A stretch of 64,000 nt of DNA from Neocallimastix sp. 'constans' (GCA_050613775.1 JBODTK010000010.1:186001-250000); one strand, 5' to 3'. Shown: positions 1-13,172, numbered from the stretch's first letter. Program-made: numbers and translations. The notes: generated by a model from the letters alone, not told the origin.

Positions 1-1644
1 ATTATTAATCAAAATGGATTTATGATACATTAAATATAATTTTTTTTTTAAAATAAATAAATAAATAAATAATAAATAGATAAATAAATAAATAAATAGA
101 TAAATAAATAAGACTTATATTAATATAATTAGTAATAATAGTTATAAATATTTTTATTACTATTTTTTGGTTTTGGTTTTGGTTTCGGTTTATTTTTAAA
201 AAACACAAACATTTTTTTATTTTTTATTTTTTTTTTTTTTTTGAATTTTTATACTTTTTAAACTCAGAATTTACAAAAAAATAATAATAATAATAATATA
301 TATATTATTATAATTTTTATTTTTATATATATATATATAAAGAAAAATTAAAAAAATTAAAAAAAGGAAAATTAAAATTTTTGTATTTTGTATCCATATT
401 CTATTAAAAGTTTAAAATATTTTAAATATATTTTAATATTTTTTTTTTATATTTAACAAAAAATTAAATATTTTAAAAATTTTAATTAATAATTTTTTTC
501 TATATTGGGTGACAGTTTTATTTTTTTTTTTAATTTAATATTTTATTAATTTTATTTTTTTATTAATTTATTATTATTATTAATTTTTTTTATAATAATA
601 ATAATAATAATAAAAATAAAAATAAAAATATTAACAATGATTAACAAATAAAAATAAAACAAACAAAGCAGAAAGAAATTAATAAAAAAAAAAAAAAATT
701 AATAATAATATTAAATTGAAAAAAAAGAGAAATTTAAACTAACTTTTATTTTATTTTATTTTTTATTTTTAAATTAAAATAAATACTATTTATTTTTATT
801 TTATTTTTATTGTTTATTTTTTGTGTTTGTTTTCGTTGTTTTTTTTTTTAATTAAAAATTTCTGATCTTACACTATAAATTATTGTACTTTTATTTATAA
901 TATACTAAAAAAATAATAATAATAAATAATAATAATAAATAATAATAATAAATAGATAAATAATGTAAAAGTTTAATATTTATTCTTGATTTTATTTTTG
1001 TTAAATCTTAATAACATAATAAATATATATATATATTATATTTTAAATATTATATGATGAAGAGTAAAGTAATAATAAAAAAAAAAAAAAAATGAAAAAA
1101 GATAAAAAAAATAGCATTTAATATATATTTGAATATCATCATAAATAAAATAATGAATTAATAGACTTATAAATTATAAAATTAATTCATAAAATTTTTA
1201 TACATCAAAAATAAATATATAAATATTTAAAAAAAAAAAAAAAATTAGATAGTATTAATCATATTAATATGTCGCTGAATTAATTTTTAATATTATTCTT
1301 TTTATTGAACTTTTTTTTTTTTTTTTTTTTTTTTATTATTAATTTTTTGATTAATACATACATACATACATATATATAATTTTTTTTTTATCCAAGAATT
1401 TCTACAGAGAATGTGGTTTAATCCTTTGTAATAATTAAAAAAATGTATTTTTTTTCTTAATTATACACGTTAATATAATAATAAAGTTTTTTCTTTTTAT
1501 TATTATTATTTTTTTTTTTAATATTTCTTATATACCTCTAAAAAAAAAAAAAAAAATTTAATAAATATATTATTATTCATTATAATAAATATATGTTATA
1601 AAGGTCCTTGAAAAAAAAAATAAAAACTCAAATATATATATATA

Positions 1645-1833
1645 TGTTAAGAGTCATGAATTTATGGTTTATAATAATGTCAACTTTATTAAAATATTTT
1701 ATGATAAAGAATTACTAAGCACTTAATTATTCTAAATTAAATGCTTTTATATTAATACAATGTGGCTTATACATTAATTATCTTACAATATCTTTCAATA
1801 CATTTGAAGCTTATTTTTCATAATATTCTAACA
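1645..1833. mobile_element. Solo-LTR-like dispersed repeat (189 bp), copy 1
   Basis: Starts TGTTAAG and ends CTAACA (TG...CA, 5-bp terminal inverted repeat TGTTA/TAACA). Flanked by ATATA on both sides (1640-1644, 1834-1838), a possible TSD but within a TA tract. A reverse-complement copy lies at 23179-23354. Confidence 0.6.
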
Positions 1834-3009
1834 ATATATATATATATATGAATATTATTATTGAGTTAAGGTTTTAATTTTCCATGAATTCCATAACTTT
1901 CTTACTCAATTTAATTGAAAGTTTTAATTAACTATTTTAAATTATTAGAATTATAGTTATTATGGATACTTTTAAAATTATAATTTTTTTTTTTTAAAAA
2001 AAAAAAAAAAAGATTTATTAAATAATTATTAATGAACTAAGATATATATTTATAAATATAATCAAAAAAAAAAAAAAAAAAAAAAAAAAATTATTATGAT
2101 TTAATTATAAATTGATATAGCAATTATTATTATTCATTATATAATTTATTTATTTATTTATTATTATAGAATGTTTTATTATTATTTCTTATTGTTAATT
2201 TTTTATATTTTAAAAACATCATTTATATATTTTATTATTATTATTATTATTATTTTATTTGAATAATTAAAAAATAAAAAAAAAAAAAAGTATAATAAAA
2301 AAGATTATATAAAAATAACAAATAATTAAAAAAGTATTTTATTTTTTAAACATTTAAAAATCATATATTTTCTTATAAAACATCGTATAATTTAAAATAA
2401 TTTTGAATAATTAATACTAATATATTTATATAATAAATAATTTAATAATAACATAAATACTGATTTGTAATAAATGACAGAATAATAACCAAAAAAAAAA
2501 AAAAAAATTAGTAAAATTTTATTATAAAAAACTATTATTAGTAGTTAAAATTCTTCTTTGTTAAAAAATCTATAATTGCTTAAAATTTTAATGTTTTTTT
2601 AAAAAAATTTATTTTTTTTTTTTTTTAATATATATATATATATATATTAAAGTATATCTTTATCATTAAATGTTTCTAAATAGTTATTTTTCTATTATTA
2701 TTATTATTATTATTATTATAATAATAATATTTTTATTAATAACTATTTTATCGATATCATTAATTTTCGAATAATTTAAAAAGTTAATTTATTATTATTA
2801 TTATTATTATTAAATATACAAATTTATAGAACAAAAAGTTTTATTTAAAAAGCATCAACTAAGACATCATTAAAATATAATAATTCTAGATTATAATGAT
2901 AAATATATAGATAAATGTATTTTTATGATCTTGATTATTAAAGTAAAATATTCTAATTATGTTATATATATATATATATATTCCTTGCTCAATTAAAATA
3001 TTTTTACTA

Positions 3010-3110
3010 AAACTTTTATTTCCAATTCTATAAGCCTTTAATAATACTGTTTTTATCACCATTCCACCATTCTTTATCTACTCCATTTTTATCTGATTCT
3101 TGTCTAGTCT

Positions 3111-3148
<38 letters not shown>

Positions 3149-3335
3149 GCCAAAATTTCATTTCCATTGTTAACATACCTTTAAAAATAATAGTATTCCA
3201 ACTACCACCACCTTCCATTCGTTCATCTTTTCCAATTTTCTTTTATTTTTATATCCATTCTTTATTTAAAATTAAATATAAAATAGCTTCATTTTTTTTT
3301 CTGTATATTAATTTTCTTTCATAATTTTCAATTTC
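3010..3335 (-). pseudogene. Degraded coding-like fragment of unknown family
   Basis: GC-richer island. Minus strand reads ...KEWI*K*KKIGKDERMEGGGSWNTIIFKGMLTMEMKFWPK-[polyA]-TRQESDKNGVDKEWWNGDKNSIIKGL*, with stops and a homopolymer interruption. Confidence 0.3.
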
Positions 3336-3808
3336 TCACTTCATAAAAAACGATTTTGAGTCGTAGTTTTAAGGGTAATTCCAAAAGGAAGCAATCGGCT
3401 TTAATATCCGATTAATATGTAAAAAAAAAAAAAAAAAGAATAGATATCATAATGAATATTCTGATGAATATATTTTTATTATTATTTAATTACTGAATAG
3501 CAAAATAGTTATTATTACTAACTTAAATATAGAAGAAATAATGGATTACTATATAATGAAAAAATCAATATTATATTAATTAGGTTTAAAGGAATCCAAA
3601 ATTAGAATTATAAAGGTAGTCATATTAATAACATAAAAGATAACACACCCACAAAAAAAAAAAAAAAAAAAAAGGAAGTAAACAACATCAATAATAGTAA
3701 CAAATAAAGAGAATAAAAAAATAGTAATATTTACGATAAAAAGAATAGCAAAAATAATAATAAATTATATTTTAAATGTTACAGTGATAATGATTTAATT
3801 AAAAAAAA

Positions 3809-3844
<36 letters not shown>

Positions 3845-3992
3845 ATACTGTTTTTATTAATAATGATAATAATTATAGTATTAGAATTAAATTATTAAAT
3901 TTGATATCTTATCCATGAATATAAAAATATATAAACAACAGATGAAAAAAAAAAGTAATAATAAGTCGAAGTCAATAAAGATATTTTTTTTT

Positions 3993-4031
<39 letters not shown>

Positions 4032-4464
4032 TATCAGTTTATTTAATTATTTATTTTTAAATATTAAAATATTACCATTTTACTTTTTGCTTTTTTCTTG
4101 ATTTATAAAATTTTATGAAAATGACTAAAATAAAAATAAGTACAATAACATATCATTCTATAATTAAAGCAATTCTATAAATTTGATGGTTACGAAGTTT
4201 CTTCAAATTCCATCATATAAAACTTGATAAAAACATATGATCAAATTAAATAAAATATTATTTTTCTATTTGCTTTTCTTCATAATAATTTAATATAAAA
4301 TTACGAAAACTATATTATTTTATCAATATTTATTTTCAATATATATTGAAATGTTAGCAAAGTTTAATAATTAAAAAAGAGCTTATTAAGCTCTAATTAC
4401 TTTTTATAAAATAAAAAAAAAAAAAAAATAAATTTATAAACTTCATATATATATATAAAAATTG

Positions 4465-4541
<77 letters not shown>

Positions 4542-4789
4542 ATGATAAAAAATATAACTGGAAACTTTATAATTACTTTTTTCTTTATCACCTGATGATT
4601 TTCTATTAAAAGCTAAAAAAAAAAAAAAAAAAAAAAAATTATGAAAAATTATGAAAATTTTTAAATAAAAAATATATTTATAATTAGAAATGAATCTATT
4701 GATTATAATAAATATCTAATAAAGGTTTATATTGAAATCATTCATTAAACATAGTAAATAATATAATTATCTATCAATATTTTTTAAAA

Positions 4790-5213
4790 TAATCCATAAT
4801 ATGACCAAATGGATGATTAATTTCGCACATATAATATAATATTATTTCTTCATTAACTACAATATAATCTATATCGTAGGGTATAACTAAATCAAAGGAG
4901 ATGATCGATCGTTTAATTTTAATAAATAAAAAAAAAAAAATTTATTCATACAAGAAAATAATCCGTTATAACCCACAACATTAGTATTATTAGCTTTATG
5001 TTCTTCTTTTAAAATATATTTACTTGTATTTAATAATTTATCCCATGTTTTTGGGATTGTTTTATTATACTTATTTAATAATTCATGATTATAGTATAAA
5101 ACAGTTGAATCTATGGCTACAGGCTATACATATATAATAATATATATATATATATATATTTTTAAATATATAAATAGATATTTATATAATTAACTTTTTA
5201 TTTAAAGATTTAG

Positions 5214-5257
<44 letters not shown>

Positions 5258-5822
5258 ATTTTTATTACCAGTCCCACCAATTTATCTTTATATAGACTTG
5301 TTTTACTTAATATATTGTCTGAATATAAATTGATATGGTCATTTGGTAACCATTCTTTTAAATTTAGCAAATGTGATCCATACCTTCTTGAATAAATATT
5401 ATCATAAAGTATTATATCATATTTTGGGGAATGCCTAATAAAAAGTATGTCCAACTGAGATGCATCGTCACCGACATTATTTGTCGAATTAATTCTTGAA
5501 TAATAATTGAATTGTAAAGTAATATTTAAATTATTTTCTTTTGAATAATTATTAAATTTATTAATCATTGAAGTATACCAAATACATGCTCCAGTTTCAG
5601 AAAAACCTATACTATTTATAATTATACCATAACAATATTCTAAAGTGAAAAAAATTTTTTAGATTATTTATTTATTTATTTATTTATTTATTAATTAACT
5701 TTTTTTATTTTTGATATTTTTTTAATATTAAAAATAATATGTAATAGAATACCATAATAACTGGGAAAAATTATGAAAAACAGAATTATAAAAAATCTAA
5801 AAAATATACTAATTTCTTTCAT
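4790..5822 (-). pseudogene. Truncated paralog of the SBP-7TM receptor gene
   Basis: Exons 5822-5753, 5639-5269 and 5123-4952 have the same lengths (70/371/172 nt) and phases as the intact gene and stay open. The sequence then jumps to a ~120-bp remnant of the 7TM exon (4790-4911, matching ~10540-10655). Exon 4 and most of exon 5 are deleted. Confidence 0.85.
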
Positions 5823-6096
5823 TTTTTTCAATATATATATAAATTAATATATTTACTTCTATTTATATATATATATATTTTTTTTAAGTTTTATATATAT
5901 AAAATTTTTAGAAAAAAAAAAAGAAAAAAAAAAAAAAACTTTTAAATATTATTTTATTTCATTTTTTTTTTTTTATATATCAAAGAAAAATAATATTTAT
6001 ACAAATAAATTATTGTCATAATAATAATAATAATAATCTTTAATGAATATATAAAAAATGTTATTTTAAAACTTTAAAAAAGTAAACACTAATAAT

Positions 6097-6141
<45 letters not shown>

Positions 6142-6334
6142 ATAAAAATTATAATTAAAATTATAAACTGATTGATATTAAATAAAATTTAAATAAAACT
6201 CATAAAAAAAAAATACAATTATTATAAAAACTCGTTTAGTTATTTTAAGTATTCATAAATTAAAAAAAAAAAAAAAAAAAAATTTAAAAGTATTCAAAAA
6301 AATTTAAATTTTAAATTTTTAGAAAACTTTTAAA

Positions 6335-6783
6335 TTTCTTTTTTTTTTTTTTTTTTTTTTTTCCTTTTTCCTGTTTTTTTTAAAAGCCGCAATTCTTGTG
6401 AACTTTAAACTTTATTTATTAATTTATTCATTTATTAATTATTAATTACATGAATATTTTTAAATTTTTTTTTTAAAAAAAAAAAAAAAAAAAAACAGAA
6501 TTAATGAAAAAATAAATATTATTTGTCCAATTTAGAACAGAATAATATTTTAAATAATAATGTGAAATTAAAAAAGTTAATATTCAAAATAAAGATGTAT
6601 TTAAATAAATTCAGGAAAAAAAGTTCATAGGCAACGAACCTCACCTTCAGATTAAAAGATCTTTTGTTTTAAAAGGAATTCTTATTCTGGATTAGGGTTT
6701 GAATTGATTATCTGAAAGAAAATTATGGTCTTCTCCATCAGAGGCATTGGCTGTCTTAACAGCATTTTTAGTATTAGCGCTCC
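6335..6783 (-). mobile_element. Poly(A)-tailed retro-insertion (449 bp) with 14-bp TSD
   Basis: AGAAAACTTTTAAA at 6321-6334 and 6784-6797. Long T tract at the left end (poly(A) on the minus strand). The paralogous site at ~13345-13370 is empty. Confidence 0.85.
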
Positions 6784-7056
6784 AGAAAACTTTTAAAAGA
6801 AGTGTGATTTTAATTCCATTAATAAAAAAAAAAAAAAAAAAAAAATTCAAATAATGAATTATTCATTATTTAACTTTTATTATGTTATTTAGTATTAATT
6901 AAAATTTAAATTCAATACAGATTACAAAAAAATTATATGCAAAATGGCATAAATAATATTCTTTTTTGTACTACTTTACTATTATAAAATATATATTATT
7001 TATACAATTATTATTATAACATGACTACCATGATTTTTATTTCTTTATTATTTAGA

Positions 7057-7106
<50 letters not shown>

Positions 7107-7319
7107 TGAAAAGGATAAATTATTTATTATTAAATACATATAAATAAAATAAAAAAAAAAATAATAATGATAAATAATGATAATTTCTTTTTTTTTTTTT
7201 CCAATAATAAACTTTAAAAAATAATTACTTTTAACTAATCATAAATAATGAAAATTTCCTATTTTTTCCAATAAAAACTTTAAAAATAATTAATTAAAAC
7301 TATTACACTATATATATAT

Positions 7320-7351
<32 letters not shown>

Positions 7352-7488
7352 TTCATAATTTTTTTAATTATGAATACTTTAATGTAATATCTAAAATATA
7401 AATGAATTTTTAATGAAATTTGTTACATTTATTAAAAAAAAATCTTTTTTAAATGTATTTTAATGTATATAATTTGTTTATTTAGTTT

Positions 7489-7868
7489 TATGTACCAAGT
7501 TTATTATAAGATTTATTACTAAATTGAGTTCCATTATAAAACAACACTGCGGAAATTACTAGAACTGTATTTTCCACTAATACCATAAGTTTGAATGGAA
7601 CAACTTCCTCTTTCCAACGAAGTAATAAAATATTTGATTATTAAAGATCATTATGTATTAAACTTTATTAATAACAACTTTGAGATCTTTATTTGAAAAG
7701 TTTTTAAGTCTTTTATAAATCATTGTTTATAAAACGGATATATTTTTAATAATAGTTACTAAAGAAATTGATATACTAATACAACCAATAAAAAGCTGAT
7801 ATAATAATTATATATTCTGAGAATTGTTCTAAACTTCTTTAAAAATCTAAATTCAAATAATGATCAAA

Positions 7869-7906
<38 letters not shown>

Positions 7907-8351
7907 TTTTAAAATACAATATATAACTCCAATATCATACAATAATGAATCTGAAATAATTGTAACTCATATACACCAGTAGAAACTGTAATATCCATCA
8001 ACACGATCTTTATAGTATGTACCATCTTTTTACAACTTAATTATTTTTTTGAGAAAAGGTTAATTGAGAATTTTTTTTTTTTTCATAGACAAAAGACTTT
8101 TGTCTCCCCCATATGTTAATATGGGTGTATGATTAACTGCCATACCAGTACGGCGTCGGCGCTCTAAACTCCCCATAAGGTTAATTGAGAAAATGGAACA
8201 ATATTATTTCTTGTAATTTTTAATAATATACATGTAGCTTCAACGTAATTAAAGGATTTCTTATCTCAAGCAACAGCTTTAATACGTAATAATGAATACC
8301 AATCATTAATAATTTTACTAATATACCAAAAGAAACTATTAATTCACTGTG

Positions 8352-8398
<47 letters not shown>

Positions 8399-8574
8399 AT
8401 TTTAATTGACTTTGTTCAGTATTAACTATATCATTTTCATATTCATCTTCTTTATTTAATCTAAAGTAATTTTTGACAAAATCATTATACCCATTATATA
8501 ATCCATCAATATTGTCCCCAATAGTTCTATAAAAAAAATAAAATTTTAATTAAATATATTAGTTTGATTATATT

Positions 8575-8611
<37 letters not shown>

Positions 8612-8823
8612 TGTGTTAAGTTGTATTACATAATTATTATAGTTAGTAAATTAGATTTAATATAATGCCTAAATACATAATAATATAAAATAAGATTCAT
8701 AATTGATTTTTCAAAATTAAATTTATGAATAATGAGAAGTAATAATGTTCAATAGAGTTTAACGAGGACGTAAAGGATATTTCTGTTAATATCAATTTTA
8801 TCATTAATTTCAAATAAAGGATA
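7489..8823 (-). pseudogene. Pseudogene of the orphan 7TM family (paralog of 25866-27436 and 30819-32358)
   Basis: Exon 1 remnant YPLFEINDKIDINRNILY..Y*TLLLLIIHKFNFEK..LILYYYVFR. Acceptor at 8528-8527, then TIGDNIDGL..INSFFWYISKIINDWYSLLRIKAVA*DK..DGTYYKDRVDGYY..FLKKFRTI.. Contains stops, frameshifts, homopolymer expansions and an insertion. Confidence 0.9.
8071..8176 (-). mobile_element. Short structured SINE-like or 5'-truncated non-LTR insertion with 15-bp TSD
   Basis: AAGGTTAATTGAGAA at 8056-8070 and 8177-8191 flanks T13 plus a 93-bp GC-rich body with three stem-loops. It interrupts the 7TM pseudogene at PFSQLT. Confidence 0.9.
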
Positions 8824-9044
8824 CTTTTTTTTTTTTTTGAAATAATCCAAAAATAAAATATAATAAAATATAATAAAATAAAATAAATAGTAGAATATTA
8901 AATACAGTACAGATTGAATAAAATAAAATAAATAAATAGTAGAATATTAAATAAGGTACAGATTGAATAAAATGAAAAAAAAAAAATAAAAAGGAAATCA
9001 GCCTTTTGAATGTTAAGAATACATTAAAAAAAAGAACTTAATAA

Positions 9045-9710
9045 AAATTTTTTAAATAAACTGTATAATGAAAAAGTAATTATTTTGTTTGATGAGTTTG
9101 ATTTTCCATTAATCAATACATATAATAATAAATGATATTTCATATTGTTTTACTATTAATGATGAATGCTAATTTCCATATTACGGATTTATAGAAGAAG
9201 AATTAGATAACAGTATAAAATAGATAGAAATTTATGAAAATTACAAGAATAGTGAAATTAAAGATATTAATAAAGAAAGAAAAAAAAATATTTTTCAATA
9301 ATGTCTAGTTAAAATAAATAAAATATTGTAAAGAAAGATGGATCCTTAAGTATAAATATTTGTTTTTCAATATAGAAAATTGCTAAATTTCTTTGTTACA
9401 GGCAAAAGATGATACTTTCATGAATGAACTTTAAAAATATAGTTATTTTGATGCTAACAGTCATAAAAAATTTTATAATTCTTTTTAGAAATCTTAAGTT
9501 TAATTAATAATAAATATAATTGTAAACTCAAACTTTAAAATAAGGGTATAAAGGAAGAACTAATTGTTTAATAGCATCAACAAATGACGATCATTTCGAT
9601 ATAGTGATTGAAATTGTAATTGCTTTTTCTTCATCACTTGATGATCTTCTATTAAAAGCTAAAAAAAAAAAAAAAAAAAAAAAGTATGAAAATTTATAAA
9701 TAAAAATATA
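9045..9710 (+). pseudogene. Remnant of bacterial-type AAA-ATPase-like + PD-(D/E)XK nuclease (DUF1703/PDDEXK_9-like) gene
   Basis: Ordered motifs FLNKLYNEKVIILFDEFDFPLINTYNN (Walker-B-like), PYYGFIEEEL, SYFDANSHKKFYNSF and KGRTNCLI..DIVIEI..LLLKAKK. Many stops and deletions. Confidence 0.7.
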
Positions 9711-10061
9711 TATATATATGTATAATTAGAATGAATCTATTGATTACAGTGAACAATATTTAATAAACGTTTATATTGAAATCATTTATTAAACATTGTA
9801 AATAATAGAATATATTAATTATCTATCAATAGGATCACAAAAGTTAATATTAAATAATAGTAGTAACTATAATAAATATATACTAATAATTTAAAAAAAG
9901 GATTTTATTTTTTTTATATTATTATTTTATTTTATTTTAAAATTAACATTATTTTTAAATCATTAAGATAGATAGATGTTTTTTATATTTATTTACCTAC
10001 ATTTTTCAATTATTTATGGAAGTTATTACTATAATTAGTTCTTAGATTATTTGTTAGCAAT

Positions 10062-10093
<32 letters not shown>

Positions 10094-10095
<2 letters not shown>

Positions 10096-11551
10096 AATTA
10101 TGATCAATACTTTCTTTAAAATGTAAATTCAATATTTTATAACTTATATTTGAATTTTCTTTACTACTGCTACTAATTGAATTACTATTTATATATGAGC
10201 TCTCTTTAACGTCTCTTTGTATTTTTAGAAGTTTATTGATATTTTCTGATTCTTCATAACTATTATTGATAATAAATAAGTTTATTAATTTTATACCAAA
10301 TAAAAATAAATAATTTGAAAATGATATAATAATAATAATAACGGTATATATATTGAAAAAAATGTTATATTTTATATCTAATTCTTTTATCACTTCTATT
10401 ATTATAATTAAAATAATATCTATAATAATTATTGACATCAATAATCTTGTTTCTTTATTTAATTCTTTAATATTCCATTCAATAAATATTGCTACATTTA
10501 ATATTATCGTGATAATTATATAAAAAGCTTTTTTTAAATAATCAATAGTATGTCCAAATTGATTATTAATTACACACTTATGATATTTTTTATTATTAGA
10601 AACTATGATTTGATCTATATCGTAGGGAATAACTAAATCAAATGAGATGATCAATGCTAATACTACGATTGATAATAGAATAAATAAATGTTTATGAAGT
10701 TCAACCCATTGTGATATTTTATTTTTTATTGGAAAATAGATAATCAACATATATATATATGATAAATAGTTAAAGAAAAATCCAATAGATATTAACAATG
10801 GTTCAATTTTACATTTAATAATTTTTGCTTCTCCTAATCTTAAAAATGGACTAATGATACTTAATAAAGAGCCAAAAACAACCATAAACCAGAACAATTT
10901 TGGAAAAATTTTGAAATCAGAGGCATACTTTTTGATATACAATATGGTTAATGATAATAGCATTATTGTTGATAGAATAATAGATAAAATTACAAGTAAT
11001 AAAATAATTATTGAGTCACTCGTATTTAATGTTAGATCAAAAACTTTTGTGATATTATCAATCTCATTTAATACTTCTGATTCTGATTTATCTCCATATA
11101 AAAATTGATATACGTAATCTCTTATAGTTTTTGAATAGGATATATAATCATTAGATTTAGAAGTTGGTCTTGTGGTAAACTGAAGATTTCTGAAAAAACT
11201 ACAATCCCATTTTGAACAAATTTCTTCATCGTTATATAAACTAAATATACCGGATACTATACCAAAATCCATTACAAAATCTTTTTGCATTTCCTTTGAT
11301 GTTATATATGAATACGCAGTAATAGCCGCATTTCTTTTGGCCTCATCAATATACTTATTAATTCCTACATTATATCCTCCTATAATTGATCCTGAGATTC
11401 CTTCTTTATCACCAGGAAGGACTGTAAATTTATATTGATCAATATATGCATAATACCATAATTTTAAAAATATAAAATTTCCTTCATAAATTCTATCTAG
11501 GGTAAATTGTTCATCCATTTGAAATATATCATCTATTAATTTTACATATAA

Positions 11552-11582
<31 letters not shown>

Positions 11583-11638
11583 CATATTTTATCTTTAAAT
11601 TAGTAAATTTTTTCTAATAAATTATTATTATTATTAAT

Positions 11639-11689
<51 letters not shown>

Positions 11690-11954
11690 TATAATAATAT
11701 ATTTGTAATTATAAATTATAATAATTTATAATAACAATATAACAAATATATTATTATGGTAAATTTATATATGAAAATATTTTATTTATACCTGATGAAA
11801 TCTCATCTTTAATTCTTTTAATCATAGTTAATGCTTTAATTGCTTCTGAACTGGTTATTTCTGGAAATGGCTCATTTATTGAATTTCTAAATGAATATAT
11901 AAATTCATATAAAGAACAAGTACCTGTTTCTGTATCTGTGAAATTTTATTTGAC

Positions 11955-11990
<36 letters not shown>

Positions 11991-12768
11991 TTATAAATAA
12001 TATAAATTTTGTTTAAAGGCTATAATACTACAGTATTATAAATTATTTAAATTAAATAAATAAAAAAAAAATTTACATACAAGAAAATAATCCGTTATAA
12101 CCCACAACATTAGTATTATTAGCTTTATGTTCTTCTTTTAAAATATATTTACTCGTATTTAATAATTCATCCCATGTTTTTGGGATTGTTTTATTATACT
12201 TATTTAATAATTCATGATTATAGTATAAAACAGTTGAATCTATAATTACGGGCTATACATAAATAATATATATATATATATTTTTAAAACATAAAATTAA
12301 ATATTTAGATAATTAACTTTTATTTAAAATTTTAAATATTTTATATAATATATATATATATATTTTTTTTATTACCAGTCCCACCAATTTATCTTTATAT
12401 AGACTTGTTTTACTTAAAATATTATCTGAATATAAATTAATATGTTCATTTGGTAACAATTCTTTTAAATTTAGTAAGTGTGGTCCATACCTTCTTGAAA
12501 AAATATTATCATAAAATATTATATCATATTTTTGGGAATGTCTATTAAAAAGTATATCCAACTGAGATTCATAGTCACCAACATTATTTGTCGAATTAAT
12601 TCTTGAATAATAATTGAAGTGTAAAGTTATATTTAAATTATTTTCTTTTGAATAATTATTAAATTTATTAATCATTGGAGTATATAAAATACATGCACCA
12701 GTTTCAGAAAAACCAATAATATTTATAATTACAGCATAACAATATTCTAAAGTAATTATTAATTTTTA

Positions 12769-12840
<72 letters not shown>

Positions 12841-12986
12841 AGTTATTCATTATTTATATATAGACTTGTTTATTTTGATATTTTTTTAATACTAAAAAGA
12901 ATAAATAATCTAATACCATAATAACTAGGAATGATTATAAAAAAAAGAATTATAAAAAATCTAAAAAATATACTAATTCCTTTCAT
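10094..12986 (-). CDS. GPCR-like receptor: signal peptide + sugar-ABC-type solute-binding domain + class-C-like 7TM (731 aa)
   Basis: Five GT-AG exons: 12986-12917, 12746-12376, 12252-12081, 11935-11792 and 11532-10094, totalling 2196 nt in frame. Hydrophobic N-terminus MKGISIFFRFFIILFFIII. SBP motifs LPVIIDSTVLYYN..PKTWDEL and LPG..SGSIIGG. Seven hydrophobic segments, with a TM3 Cys (KCKIEP) and an ECL2 Cys (HKCVIN). Confidence 0.9.
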
Positions 12987-13030
12987 TTTTTCAATATATA
13001 TATAAATTGATAAATAATCGATATAACGTA

Positions 13031-13062
<32 letters not shown>

Positions 13063-13172
13063 AAACGTTGAATATTATTTTATTATTTTATTTTATTTTA
13101 TTATTATTTTATTACTTTATTATTTAAATTTATTATTTTTTTTATTATTTTATATTAAATTTATTTCAAAAA

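Larger units (their letters stand above)
4590..7860 (+). repeat. Segmental duplication, copy 1 (paralogous to about 9640-14440)
   Basis: Collinear shared blocks: 4591-4780/9640-9830, 4920-5830/12055-13000, 6800-7470/13365-14050 and 7640-7860/14225-14440. Confidence 0.9.

Noticed and set aside
6725..6783. Hammerhead ribozyme at the 5' end of the 449-bp insert
   Set aside because: The core reads CTGATGG rather than CTGATGA, and I could not build the three stems with GAAA.
8870..8975. ~49-bp tandem duplication (another at 13415-13485)
   Set aside because: Ordinary local slippage with no further structure.
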